64,000 nt of DNA. It comes from Akkermansia muciniphila (GTDB taxonomy: Bacteria; Verrucomicrobiota; Verrucomicrobiia; Verrucomicrobiales; Akkermansiaceae). Both the position numbers and the translations under genes were made by a program. Below, one piece after another: positions 29,032 to 38,102 of the stretch (position 1 is the first letter of the stretch; every line of letters begins with the position of its first letter). Location: positions 10,797-74,796 of the forward strand of contig CAMCCX010000002.1 in the NCBI GenBank assembly GCA_945873305.1, read 5' to 3'. The notes under the pieces are model-generated. The model worked only from the letters and a program-made list of their open reading frames with translations, had not been told where the DNA came from and searched no databases.

Positions 29032-30990
29032 ATGAAAATCGACATTGTGACGGATACCTTCGTTCCTGATGTGAACGGAGTGGCGATGACTTTGGGACGG
29101 CTGACGGACGGCCTGCGCCAACGGGGACACCGGGTGCATGTGATTCACACGGGAGTCTCGGCCAAAACGGGAGAAACCTGCGTCGCCGCCGTCCCGCTTC
29201 CCGGATACAAGGAAGTGCGCGTGGGCCTGCCGAAACCTTTCGAGCTCAAAGCCCGCTGGTTGAAGAGACGCCCGGACGCGATCTACGTCGCCACGGAAAG
29301 CCCGTTAGGAAAGTCCGCGCTCAAGGCAGCCAACGCGCTGGGCATCCCGGTGGCCTCCGGATTCCACACGAACTTCCACCAATACATGGCGCAATACGGC
29401 ATGGGCGGATTCCACCCGATGGCGATGGCCTATCTGAAAAATTTCCATCAGCGCGCGGACTGCACGCTGACGCCCTCGCGGGACATGGTGGAGCGACTCG
29501 GCAACGAGGGCTTCGAAAACGTCCATCTGCTAGGACGCGGCGTGGATACGGACTTGTTCGCCCCCGGGAAGCGTTGTGAATCCCTCCGCGCCCACTGGGG
29601 CGCACGGGCGGCCACACCGGTCGCGGTGATGGTCGGCCGGGTGGCGGTAGAGAAGAACTTCGAGTTGGCGATGAAGACCTTCGAGCAAATGCGCCAGGTC
29701 TTCCCGGACGTGAGGTGCGTGGTGGTCGGCGACGGTCCCTTGCGTGAAAAACTCGCCGTGAAATTCCCATGGGTTTGTTTTGCCGGTGTGCAAACCGGCG
29801 AGGAGCTCGCCAGGCACTATGCCTCGGCGGACGTGCTGGTCTTTCCCAGTGAAACAGAAACCTTCGGCAACGTGCTGTTGGAAGCGATGGCCAGCGGCCT
29901 CGCCACGGTGAGCTTCGACTACGCCGCCTCGGCGCTGCACGTGCGGGCGGGCGAAAACGGATTCAAGTCGGCCAAGGGCGACTCCGCCGGATTCATCCGC
30001 CACGCGGTGGACGCGCTTTCACTGCGGACGGACGACAAGCTGCGTGAAGCCGCCCGCGAAACCGCGGAATCCCTGGGATGGGACCAAGTGGTGGAGGAAT
30101 TCGCGCGCAGGCTCGCGGAGATCTCGGGAACCGCTGAAGATGTCCCCGCACCCCGGCCGAAGAAATCGAAGCGCCCCAAGTTTTCCTGTCGCACGGTCTT
30201 CATCTCGGACATCCACCTCGGCACACCTGATAGCAAAGCGGATGAAGTCGTGGAATTCCTCAAGCACATCAAGTGCCGCAAGCTGGTCCTCAACGGCGAC
30301 ATCATCGACGGCTGGGCGCTGAAACGCGGCGGGCGCTGGACATCGCGCCACAGCCGCGTGATCCGCAAGGTGATTAAGATGACCGAGCAAGACCACACCG
30401 AGGTGATCTACCTGCGCGGGAATCATGATGAGATCCTCGAGCGCTTCCTGCCGATGGCGTTCGGCAGGATCCGATTGACCAAGGAACACATTCACACCAC
30501 GGCGGCGGAAAAACGTTACCTCATCGTGCACGGTGACGGCTTCGACAGCGTCTCCACCAACCACAAGTGGCTCGCCTCGCTCGGGGCGGTGGGCTACGAT
30601 TTCCTGCTGCGCGTGAACCGCTTCTACAACCACTACCGGGCGTGGCGCGGCAAAGAGTATTTCTCCCTCAGTAAGCGAGTGAAGGCCAAGGTCAAGTCCG
30701 CCGTTAGTTTTGTAGACCGCTACGAGGAACTTCTCCAGGAGCTGGCCCGCCACCGGAAATGCGACGGCATCATCTGCGGTCACATCCACACGCCCGAAGA
30801 CAAACAGGTGGGCGCGATCCACTATCTCAACTCGGGCGACTGGGTGGAGAGCCTCACGGCCATCATCGAGCATCACGACGGACGGATGGAACTGGTGCGG
30901 CATGCCGGGTTCATCGAGAGCCTGAAGCGCGACGGACAGTCCGAACCGCGGGCGGAGCAGGCTTCCCTGCAATCCGCTTGCATGATCTAA
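29032..30990 (+). CDS. Fusion: GT4 glycosyltransferase (Agt-like glycolipid synthase) + LpxH/PlcP-like metallophosphoesterase
   Basis: N-half: IVTDTFVPDVNGV, PDAIYVATESPLG, FHTNF, FPSETETFGNVLLEAMASG. C-half: FISDIHLG, NGDIIDGW, GNHDE, VHGDGFD, ICGHIH, YLNSGDWVES. One continuous ORF. Confidence 0.85.
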   Translation: MKIDIVTDTFVPDVNGVAMTLGRLTDGLRQRGHRVHVIHTGVSAKTGETCVAAVPLPGYKEVRVGLPKPFELKARWLKRRPDAIYVATESPLGKSALKAANALGIPVASGFHTNFHQYMAQYGMGGFHPMAMAYLKNFHQRADCTLTPSRDMVERLGNEGFENVHLLGRGVDTDLFAPGKRCESLRAHWGARAATPVAVMVGRVAVEKNFELAMKTFEQMRQVFPDVRCVVVGDGPLREKLAVKFPWVCFAGVQTGEELARHYASADVLVFPSETETFGNVLLEAMASGLATVSFDYAASALHVRAGENGFKSAKGDSAGFIRHAVDALSLRTDDKLREAARETAESLGWDQVVEEFARRLAEISGTAEDVPAPRPKKSKRPKFSCRTVFISDIHLGTPDSKADEVVEFLKHIKCRKLVLNGDIIDGWALKRGGRWTSRHSRVIRKVIKMTEQDHTEVIYLRGNHDEILERFLPMAFGRIRLTKEHIHTTAAEKRYLIVHGDGFDSVSTNHKWLASLGAVGYDFLLRVNRFYNHYRAWRGKEYFSLSKRVKAKVKSAVSFVDRYEELLQELARHRKCDGIICGHIHTPEDKQVGAIHYLNSGDWVESLTAIIEHHDGRMELVRHAGFIESLKRDGQSEPRAEQASLQSACMI

Positions 30991-30997
30991 AATCTTT

Positions 30998-32710
30998 CTA
31001 TTTGAAAAGCACGTCCACCCCCATCGCGGACTTGCGGAGGAACTTGGGCATCGCCGCAGGATCACGCGGACGCAGGGCCCGAAAGACAAATCCGGCCAGA
31101 TAGAGGATGAAAAACCGGTCCACCCAGCGATAGCCGCGCTTGCGCCGCAGCAGAATTCCTGCCGCCATCGCAAGCGTGCGGCGTTTCACGGGAAATGGCT
31201 CGAAGGAAACCTTGATCCGGTAGCGCTGGCGTTTTTCCTTGGGCCAACGCAACTTGTAAGCGGCCTTCCCGGCGCGGATCCGCCCGGCGACGGATTCGTC
31301 AAACGGCAGGAAATAATAGCGGCGCGCCAGCAGGACGAGATGGAAGAAATCGCCCATGTGCTCGATGTCGTCCGCCGGAAGTCCGGCTTCGCGCGCCAGC
31401 GAGATCATCCGCGGGAACAAGGCCGCGGCCGCCTCGCCACCCGACAAGGCGGCTTCCGGATCACTAACAAAAAGCCACATGACCTTGCGCACGCCGTGAT
31501 TGATGAAAAGCGAGTCCCAGTAAACATGCAGCAATGGCGGTATCCGGACGCGCCGGAAAAACAGCTTCTGCCTGGCGAAGTCGCGGATATAGAGAAGCTC
31601 TCGAATCACGGTATCGGCGTGATCGAGAAGCTCCACCGCCGCGAACGCCCGCTCCGGTCCGAGCAGGGCTTCCACCGCTGAATCGGCGGATTTCCCGTGG
31701 CGGAAGACGGTGATGGCGGCCTCCGTGTTCAGCCGGATCCAGATGTCCCGGCCAGCGGATTCCAGATAGGCGCGCCGCCGGAAACGATGCCAGCCACCAG
31801 TCTGGCACCACACCGAAATTCCCACGACGTTTTCCACTTGTGAGAGTTCCCGCGCGAAGCGTTCGCAATCCCAGCCGATGAACGACGGATACTCGCCCGC
31901 GCCCTCATACTCCCGCCGGGCCTGCAGTTCCAACAGCTTGCGCTGCTTCACCCGGAAGAACGCGCGGTTGAGCGGGAGATAGCGGAAAAAATCGCTCTCA
32001 CCGTGTTTCATCGAAACGATTAGATTGGGCGAGTCGAGCCCCTCCAGCGTCCTTTCCAGCGTGCCCCGGTGCCAGATCAAATCGCCGATGCGGTGGGCCC
32101 CCACCGTCCACGTCCGGAAGATCAAATCCTTGCCGCGGCGTTCGAACTCGGGCAGCAGGGCCCGCAACAAGCGGTTTGCCTCGCCGGCATTGCGCAGGTG
32201 GATCCGCGTCCGGATCGGATCCTGCACGTCGTTGCCATCGCTCTCGCCGATGCGCAGGATCAATCCGGCAAGCTGGGGGAAATCACTAAGAATCCCCCGG
32301 ACCAGACCCACATAGTAAGCTTCCAACTCCGCCGGGTTCCCGCCCATGACCAGCGACAAGGCGGGCGTCATCGGCACCACATCGGTCGTTAGATAGACCT
32401 TCAGCCCGAACTCGCCGTGCAGCATGTCGAAGAATCCGGTGAATTTTCCGCGCAGGAAATCAATCCGATCCGCCACCTCCGGTTCGTGCAGCGGATGAGG
32501 AGCGAGGTGCGCCAGATCATCCAACGTAACCGCGTTGTATCCTTGCGCGGAGATCTGCCGCGCGAATTCCCGAAGCTCTTCCCCGATCGCCGCCCAGTCG
32601 TCCGGACTCGCATCGAGCAAGTCCATGAAAGAAATCTTGGACCAGTTGACCCGCATCCGGCCGCAGCCGCGAAAAAACGGGCCGATCGCATCGATGAGGA
32701 AAAGCTCCAT
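30998..32710 (-). CDS. Uncharacterised TIM-barrel-like protein, distantly GH67 alpha-glucuronidase-like
   Basis: Clean ~570-aa ORF convergent with the fusion gene; GH67 resemblance comes from my own motif alignment only. Confidence 0.6.
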   Translation of the reverse strand: MELFLIDAIGPFFRGCGRMRVNWSKISFMDLLDASPDDWAAIGEELREFARQISAQGYNAVTLDDLAHLAPHPLHEPEVADRIDFLRGKFTGFFDMLHGEFGLKVYLTTDVVPMTPALSLVMGGNPAELEAYYVGLVRGILSDFPQLAGLILRIGESDGNDVQDPIRTRIHLRNAGEANRLLRALLPEFERRGKDLIFRTWTVGAHRIGDLIWHRGTLERTLEGLDSPNLIVSMKHGESDFFRYLPLNRAFFRVKQRKLLELQARREYEGAGEYPSFIGWDCERFARELSQVENVVGISVWCQTGGWHRFRRRAYLESAGRDIWIRLNTEAAITVFRHGKSADSAVEALLGPERAFAAVELLDHADTVIRELLYIRDFARQKLFFRRVRIPPLLHVYWDSLFINHGVRKVMWLFVSDPEAALSGGEAAAALFPRMISLAREAGLPADDIEHMGDFFHLVLLARRYYFLPFDESVAGRIRAGKAAYKLRWPKEKRQRYRIKVSFEPFPVKRRTLAMAAGILLRRKRGYRWVDRFFILYLAGFVFRALRPRDPAAMPKFLRKSAMGVDVLFK

Positions 32711-32811
32711 TGCCAAGGACATGGACGATCACCTCGCCGGGCATGAGTGACGAGATATCAATATTGACGGAAACGTCACACCCCGCTGACGCCGTGCGCG
32801 ATAAATTCAAA

Positions 32812-33044
32812 TCACGCGACCGCTTCAATCTGTTTATCCACGTCCTCGCGGAGGTTCTCGATGATGAAATCCTGGCGGTCGGGCGTGTTCTTGCCCATGT
32901 AGAAGGCTAGCAATTCCTTCACTCCTTTGCCCTCTTCATACTCGACGTGGTCGAGGCGCATGTCCGGGCCGATCATGAAGCTGAACTCGTCGGGCGAGAT
33001 TTCTCCGAGGCCCTTGAAGCGGGTGATCTCGGCGGCCTTGCCGA
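32812..33044 (-). pseudogene. Orphan 3' fragment (copy B) of the parE-like gene
   Basis: [20 protein letters not shown]...[10 protein letters not shown]; 32837-33044 is collinear with 33963-34170, about 12 mismatches in ~208 bp by hand count. Confidence 0.95.
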
Positions 33045-33142
33045 AAAGCTTGAGCGCATCAAGGTCTCTCCTTAGGTTTAGGTTGGGTGCCTCATCCGCC
33101 TTTGCAATCGAAGCCCCGACACCCTAGAATCCTCACACCGCC

Positions 33143-33394
33143 ATGACCACCGCAGACCTCCACGCCCATATCTGGATCGATCCCGCCCGCTGCGGTGGCC
33201 GTCCCTGCATCCGCGGACATCGCATCTGGGTCTCCATGGTGCTCGATCTCCTCGCCGACGGCCTCACGCCGCAGGAAATCATCGCTTCCCATTACCCGCA
33301 GATCACCCTGGAAGACATTCACGCCGGCATCGCCTACGGTTCCGCGATGTCCCATGAGCGCTTTGTGTCCGTCGCCTTGGAGCCCGTCGCATGA
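33143..33394 (+). CDS. DUF433 family antitoxin
   Basis: IWIDPARCGGRPCIRGHRIWV..VLDLLADG.T..EI...YP.ITLEDI.A...Y pattern. Confidence 0.9.
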   Translation: MTTADLHAHIWIDPARCGGRPCIRGHRIWVSMVLDLLADGLTPQEIIASHYPQITLEDIHAGIAYGSAMSHERFVSVALEPVA

Positions 33395-33582
33395 AATTGA
33401 AGCTCGATGAAAACCTCGGCCTGCGGGGCCGGGACATGCTCGCAGAAGCCGGGCATGATGTTTGCACCGTGCCGGAGCAGAATCTTTGCTCCGCCACCGA
33501 TGAGCAAGTTGCTGTCCGCTGCCGTTCGGATGAGCGCGGCATCGTCAATTCCCGGGAAATCACCATAAGTTGCTTACAGTAA
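33391..33582 (+). pseudogene. DUF5615 PIN-like toxin, 3'-truncated
   Basis: MKLKLDENL...GHDVCTV...ATDEQV...RGIV, then diverges and stops at 63 aa. The expected T.D.DF segment and C-terminal half are absent. Confidence 0.75.
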
Positions 33583-33611
33583 GCCGAAATGAACGTCATC
33601 CAGCGGCGATC

Positions 33612-33875
33612 CGCACTCACTTTGGATCGAAGTCACACCTACTTTGGGCCTTGCTCGCACCCACTTCGGATCGAAGTCACATCTACTTTGGGCCTTGCTC
33701 ACACTCACTTCGGATCGAGGTCACACCTACTTTGGGCATTGCTCACACCCACTTTGGATCGAAGTTACACCTACTTTGGACCTTGCTCGCACTCACTTCG
33801 GATCGACCTCGCATCTACTTTGGGTCCGACCCGCACGCACTTTGGATACGACCCGCACCTACTTCGGATCGAACT
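33612..33875. repeat. Tandem array of 12 x 22-bp units (6 x 44-bp dimers), iteron-like
   Basis: Units start at 33612, 33656, 33700, 33744, 33788, 33832; dimer e.g. CGCACTCACTTTGGATCGAAGT-CACACCTACTTTGGGCCTTGCT. Confidence 0.95.
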
Positions 33876-33928
33876 CGCGAGGACTTTGATTGAAGGCGGA
33901 CGGGCTTGAGATCGAGCAGACCGCCACT

Positions 33929-35794
33929 TCAGGCGACCGCCACCTGCACTTGCACCTGCTTGTCCACGTCCTCGCGGAGGTTCTCGATGATGAAATCCTG
34001 ACGGTCCGGGGTGTTCTTGCCCATGTAGAAGGCGAGCAACTCCTTGACGCCCTTGCCTTCCTCATACTCGACGTGGTCGAGGCGCATGTCCGGGCCGATC
34101 ATGAAGCTGAACTCGTCGGGCGAGATTTCACCGAGGCCCTTGAAGCGCGTGATCTCGGCGGCCTTGCCGAGTTTCGCCAAGGCTTTCTGGCGCTCGTTGT
34201 CGTCGTAACAGTAGATGGTTTCCTTCTTGTTGCGGACGCGGAAGAGTGGGGTTTGCAGGATGTAGAGATGCCCGTCGCGGATCATTTCCGGGAAAAACTG
34301 GAGGAAGAAGGTGAGCAGTAGCAGCCGGATGTGCATGCCGTCCACGTCGGCATCGGTGGCGATGACGACTTTGTTATAGCGCAGGTATTCGATGCCGTCC
34401 TCGATGTTGAGCGCGGCCTGGAGCAGGGCGAACTCCTCGTTTTCATAAACGATCTTGCGCGGCAAGCTGTAGGTGTTGAGCGGCTTGCCACGGAGCGAGA
34501 AGACCGCCTGCGTCTCCACGTCGCGGCTCTTGGTGATGGAGCCGGAGGCGGAGTCGCCCTCGGTGATGAAGAGGGTGGATTCCTCACGGCGCTTGTGCTT
34601 GCTGTCGTAGCGGACGCGGCAGTCGCGGAGTTTTTTGTTATGGACCTTCGCCTGCTTGGATCGCTCTCTAGCGAGTTTTTGGATACCCTTGAGGTCCTTG
34701 CGCTCGCGCTCGGCGGAAAGGATGCGCTTCTGGATCGCCTCGGCGACCTGCGGGTGCTTGTGCAGGTAGTTGTCGAGGTTGGTCTTGAGGAAATTCCCGA
34801 TGAAGGTGCGCAGCGACTCGCCGCCCGGCTCGATGGTGGCGGAGCCGAGCTTGGTCTTGGTCTGCGACTCGAACACCGGCTCGATGATGCGCACGCAGAC
34901 GGCGGCCTCGATGCCGGCGCGGATGTCGGACGGCTCGTATTGTTTCTTGTAGAATCCGCGGATGACCTGGACCAACGCCTCGCGGAACGCGGCGAGGTGG
35001 GTGCCGCCCTGCGAGGTGTTCTGGCCGTTGACGAAAGTATAGTATTCCTCGCCGCTTTCGGGCGTGTGGGTGAAGGCGATCTCGATGTCCTTGCCGACGA
35101 GGTGGATCGGCGGATAGAGCGCCTCGTTTTCCATTTCCTCGCGCAGCAGATCCAGCAGGCCGTCCTTCGAGCGGAACTTCTTGCCGTTGAAATTGATGGT
35201 GAGCGCCGGGTTCAGATAGGAATAGTAGCGGCACATCTTCTCGACGAACTGCTCCTTGTATTTCGCCTTGGCGGGGAAAATCGTGCGGTCGAGATCGAAG
35301 GCGAGGCGGGTGCCGTTCGGCGCCTCGTCGCGCCGCGGGTTCGCCATGTCCACGGTGAGCTGGCCCTTGGAAAACTCCAGCGCCTTGGTCTGGTTGTCCC
35401 GCCAGGACTGGATTTCGAAAAAGTCGGAGAGCGCGTTGACCGCCTTGATACCGACGCCGTTGAGGCCGACGGATTTCTTGAACGCCTCGCTGTCATACTT
35501 CGCGCCGGTGTTGATCTGGGCGGCGCAGTCGAAAAGTTTCCCGAGCGGAATCCCCCGGCCGAAGTCGCGCACTTCCACCCGGCCTTGCTCGTCGATGTCC
35601 ACGCGCACTTCCTTGCCGTGGCCCATGATGTGCTCGTCGATGGAGTTATCCACCGCTTCCTTGAGCAGGATGTAGAGGCCGTCGTCGGGCGAGGAGCCGT
35701 CGCCGAGTTTCCCGATGTACATGCCGGGGCGCATGCGGATGTGTTCGCGCCAGTCGAGGGATTTGATGTCGTCTTCGGTGTAGTCAGCAGCCAT
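33929..35794 (-). CDS. parE: Type IIA topoisomerase B subunit (ParE/GyrB-like, short PVC/Bacteroidota type)
   Basis: [69 protein letters not shown]. Confidence 0.9.
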   Translation of the reverse strand: MAADYTEDDIKSLDWREHIRMRPGMYIGKLGDGSSPDDGLYILLKEAVDNSIDEHIMGHGKEVRVDIDEQGRVEVRDFGRGIPLGKLFDCAAQINTGAKYDSEAFKKSVGLNGVGIKAVNALSDFFEIQSWRDNQTKALEFSKGQLTVDMANPRRDEAPNGTRLAFDLDRTIFPAKAKYKEQFVEKMCRYYSYLNPALTINFNGKKFRSKDGLLDLLREEMENEALYPPIHLVGKDIEIAFTHTPESGEEYYTFVNGQNTSQGGTHLAAFREALVQVIRGFYKKQYEPSDIRAGIEAAVCVRIIEPVFESQTKTKLGSATIEPGGESLRTFIGNFLKTNLDNYLHKHPQVAEAIQKRILSAERERKDLKGIQKLARERSKQAKVHNKKLRDCRVRYDSKHKRREESTLFITEGDSASGSITKSRDVETQAVFSLRGKPLNTYSLPRKIVYENEEFALLQAALNIEDGIEYLRYNKVVIATDADVDGMHIRLLLLTFFLQFFPEMIRDGHLYILQTPLFRVRNKKETIYCYDDNERQKALAKLGKAAEITRFKGLGEISPDEFSFMIGPDMRLDHVEYEEGKGVKELLAFYMGKNTPDRQDFIIENLREDVDKQVQVQVAVA

Positions 35795-35927
35795 GAGGAA
35801 ATTCGTTTCGGAGTTCCTAAACGGTTGACGGGACGGGTGCAAGGGCGGCGATGCGGTGGAAATCAATCGCCTTGAAAATTCCCGTTGCCAGCGGCGGGGA
35901 CCTCCCCCAGCGTGCGCCCGAAACCTC

Positions 35928-36767
35928 ATGGATTGGACTTACAACATTCTCGGACCCGACCCCGCCGCCGGCCTCATGGTGGTGCTCATTCTCGTCATCA
36001 TCGAGGGCGTGCTGTCCGTGGACAATGCCGCCGTGCTGGCGACGATGGTGATGCGCCTGCCGGAACACCAGCGCGGCAAAGCGCTGAAATACGGCATCAT
36101 CGGCGCCTATGCGTTCCGCGGGCTCTGCCTCGCGCTTGCCGCGTGGCTCATCACCATCTGGTGGCTGGAACCGCTTGGCGGGCTTTACCTGCTGTGGCTC
36201 GCATGGAGCCATTTTTCGAGACACGAGTCCGTCATCGAGGAGGGCGTCGAGGCCGTGGAAACGGAAGGCAACTTCCTCTACCGTTGCACCATCGGATTGT
36301 TAGGGCCGTTCTGGGCCACCGTCGTCGCCGTGGAGGTCATGGACCTTGCGTTCTCCATCGACAACGTCGTCGCGGCGATCGCCTACGTGAAGAACTATCC
36401 GATGCCATCGAAGCTGGTGCTCGTCTGCACCGGTGTTTTCCTCGGCATCCTGGCGATGCGGTTCGCGGCCCAGGGCTTCGTGAAGCTCATGCAGCGCTAT
36501 CATTTCCTGGAAACCTGCGCCTTCATCGTCATCGCCGTGCTCGGCGTGAAACTCGTTCTCAGCGTGCCTCGTCATTTCCTGGCGAAAGGCCACGAATTCC
36601 ATGACTACCTCGCCTCCCAGTCTCAAGCGCTTTCAGCGGCGGGAAATGCCATCCACGATTTCCTCGCCAGCCATTACTTCGACATGGGGACCTCCGCCCT
36701 AACACTCTTGATCTTCATCGTCCCGGTCGTGCTACACCGGATTAAAAACGGGAGCTCGCCCGCCTGA
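35928..36767 (+). CDS. TerC-family (YkoY-like) membrane protein
   Basis: [32 protein letters not shown]. Confidence 0.9.
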   Translation: MDWTYNILGPDPAAGLMVVLILVIIEGVLSVDNAAVLATMVMRLPEHQRGKALKYGIIGAYAFRGLCLALAAWLITIWWLEPLGGLYLLWLAWSHFSRHESVIEEGVEAVETEGNFLYRCTIGLLGPFWATVVAVEVMDLAFSIDNVVAAIAYVKNYPMPSKLVLVCTGVFLGILAMRFAAQGFVKLMQRYHFLETCAFIVIAVLGVKLVLSVPRHFLAKGHEFHDYLASQSQALSAAGNAIHDFLASHYFDMGTSALTLLIFIVPVVLHRIKNGSSPA

Positions 36768-36777
36768 GCAAGCGGTT

Positions 36778-36987
36778 TCAGCGGATCAGGAAATAGAACG
36801 CCACCGCGAAAAACCCGAACCAGACGGAGGAAACCTGCGTCACGTTGAGCGCCCGCGCGCCCGACGACTCGGCCGGATCATCCGGGTGATAGCCGAAGAG
36901 CTGGTCGTATTTCACCAACATCCAAAGCCCGAGCCCGGACCAGCCGATAAGGAAGAGCGCGAGGGAAATCTTGATGAGGATGATCAT
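36778..36987 (-). CDS. Small two-TM hypothetical protein
   Basis: MIILIKISLALFLIGWSGLG...HPDDPAESSGAR...; plausible small membrane protein. Confidence 0.55.
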   Translation of the reverse strand: MIILIKISLALFLIGWSGLGLWMLVKYDQLFGYHPDDPAESSGARALNVTQVSSVWFGFFAVAFYFLIR

Positions 36988-37035
36988 GAAAAATCGCCGG
37001 GTTCGTGGCGGCGAGGCGCAGCGTAGGGCCGTCCG

Positions 37036-37788
37036 ATGGCGAGTGACAACCCATTTCCCCGCCCTGACGGGAAGAGCGGCGCCCGCGCCTCCGCGGAGGA
37101 ATCGGATTTCTTTGATTCCGCACTCGCCACCCCGCGCCCGGCGGATTTTCATCCCGCGGTGATTGCGACGCAGCCTTTCAATGTCCTTCCGCGGCCAGCC
37201 CTGGCGGGAGAATTCGTGCCGACGGATTATTTCCGGGAACTCGGGCGGGCGGAGATTTGCCGGGGCGACCGGCCGCTGGAAATCGATCTGGGCTGCGGCG
37301 ACGGCTCGTTTCTAATGGAAATGGCGCGCGAGTTCCCGGAGCGGGATTTCCTCGGGGTCGAGCGCCTGTTGGGGCGGGTGCGGAAGGTTTGCAAAAAGCT
37401 CACGCGGCGGGGCTTGGAAAACACGCGGGTGCTGCGGCTGGACAGCCGCTACGTGGTCGAGTGGCTGCTGCCCGAGGCGCAGGTTTCGCGGCTGCACCTG
37501 CTCTGCCCCGATCCCTGGCCGAAGCTGCGCCACCACCGGCGGCGGCTGGTACAGCTGGAATTTCTCGAAGCGGTGCGGCGGGCGCTGGTGCCGGGCGGGG
37601 AGTTTCTTTTCATGACCGACCACGAGGAATATTTCCAATGGGCGGTGGAAATGGTGACGGAGTTCGGGAAATTCGAAATCGAGGAATGGACGGAGGATTC
37701 GTTTTTCTATCCGAAGACGGATTTCCAACAGCAATGGGAGGCCGAGGGGAAATCGATGTTCCGCCTGCGCTGCCGGAAGCCGCAGTGA
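37036..37788 (+). CDS. trmB: tRNA (guanine-N7)-methyltransferase
   Basis: EIDLGCGDG, FLGVE, PDPWPKLRHHRRRL, MTDHEEY. Confidence 0.9.
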   Translation: MASDNPFPRPDGKSGARASAEESDFFDSALATPRPADFHPAVIATQPFNVLPRPALAGEFVPTDYFRELGRAEICRGDRPLEIDLGCGDGSFLMEMAREFPERDFLGVERLLGRVRKVCKKLTRRGLENTRVLRLDSRYVVEWLLPEAQVSRLHLLCPDPWPKLRHHRRRLVQLEFLEAVRRALVPGGEFLFMTDHEEYFQWAVEMVTEFGKFEIEEWTEDSFFYPKTDFQQQWEAEGKSMFRLRCRKPQ

Positions 37789-37889
37789 TGGCGGTTTGTG
37801 GCCCTCGCCGCGAAAAAGGGCGGGTAGAATCCCGCGCGGGGTTCGAAAACGCTGCTCGCCTTTTTACGAAATTCCCCCATATTCCTCCC

Positions 37890-38102
37890 ATGACGGTCAT
37901 CGAATCCATCGTCCGTGACCTCAGCGGCATGCCGATGCGCAAGCTGGTGGAAGTGGCCCGCTACGTCCACCGCTTGAGCGAAACCGTGGAACGCGAGCGC
38001 GCCGATGTCCTCCGGGAAACCCACGGCTACCTGTCCGATGAAGATGCCCGCATCTTCGAACAAGCCTTAGAAAACTCCCGCCGCAGCGAAGCCCGTGGCT
38101 GA
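37890..38102 (+). CDS. Probable VapB-like antitoxin (70 aa)
   Basis: Manual translation MTVIESIVRDLSGMPMRKLVEVARYVHRL...GYLSDEDARIFEQALE; overlaps the vapC start. Confidence 0.75.
   Translation: MTVIESIVRDLSGMPMRKLVEVARYVHRLSETVERERADVLRETHGYLSDEDARIFEQALENSRRSEARG

Noticed and set aside
33612-33875. CRISPR array
   Set aside because: Contiguous repeats with no unique spacers and no cas genes.
33570-33909. ORFs spanning the 22-bp array
   Set aside because: The 44-bp unit is not a codon multiple; translations are frame-cycling artefacts.
35795-35927. yybP-ykoY Mn riboswitch upstream of the TerC gene
   Set aside because: Expected conserved elements were not recognisable by eye; an Infernal/Rfam scan would be needed.
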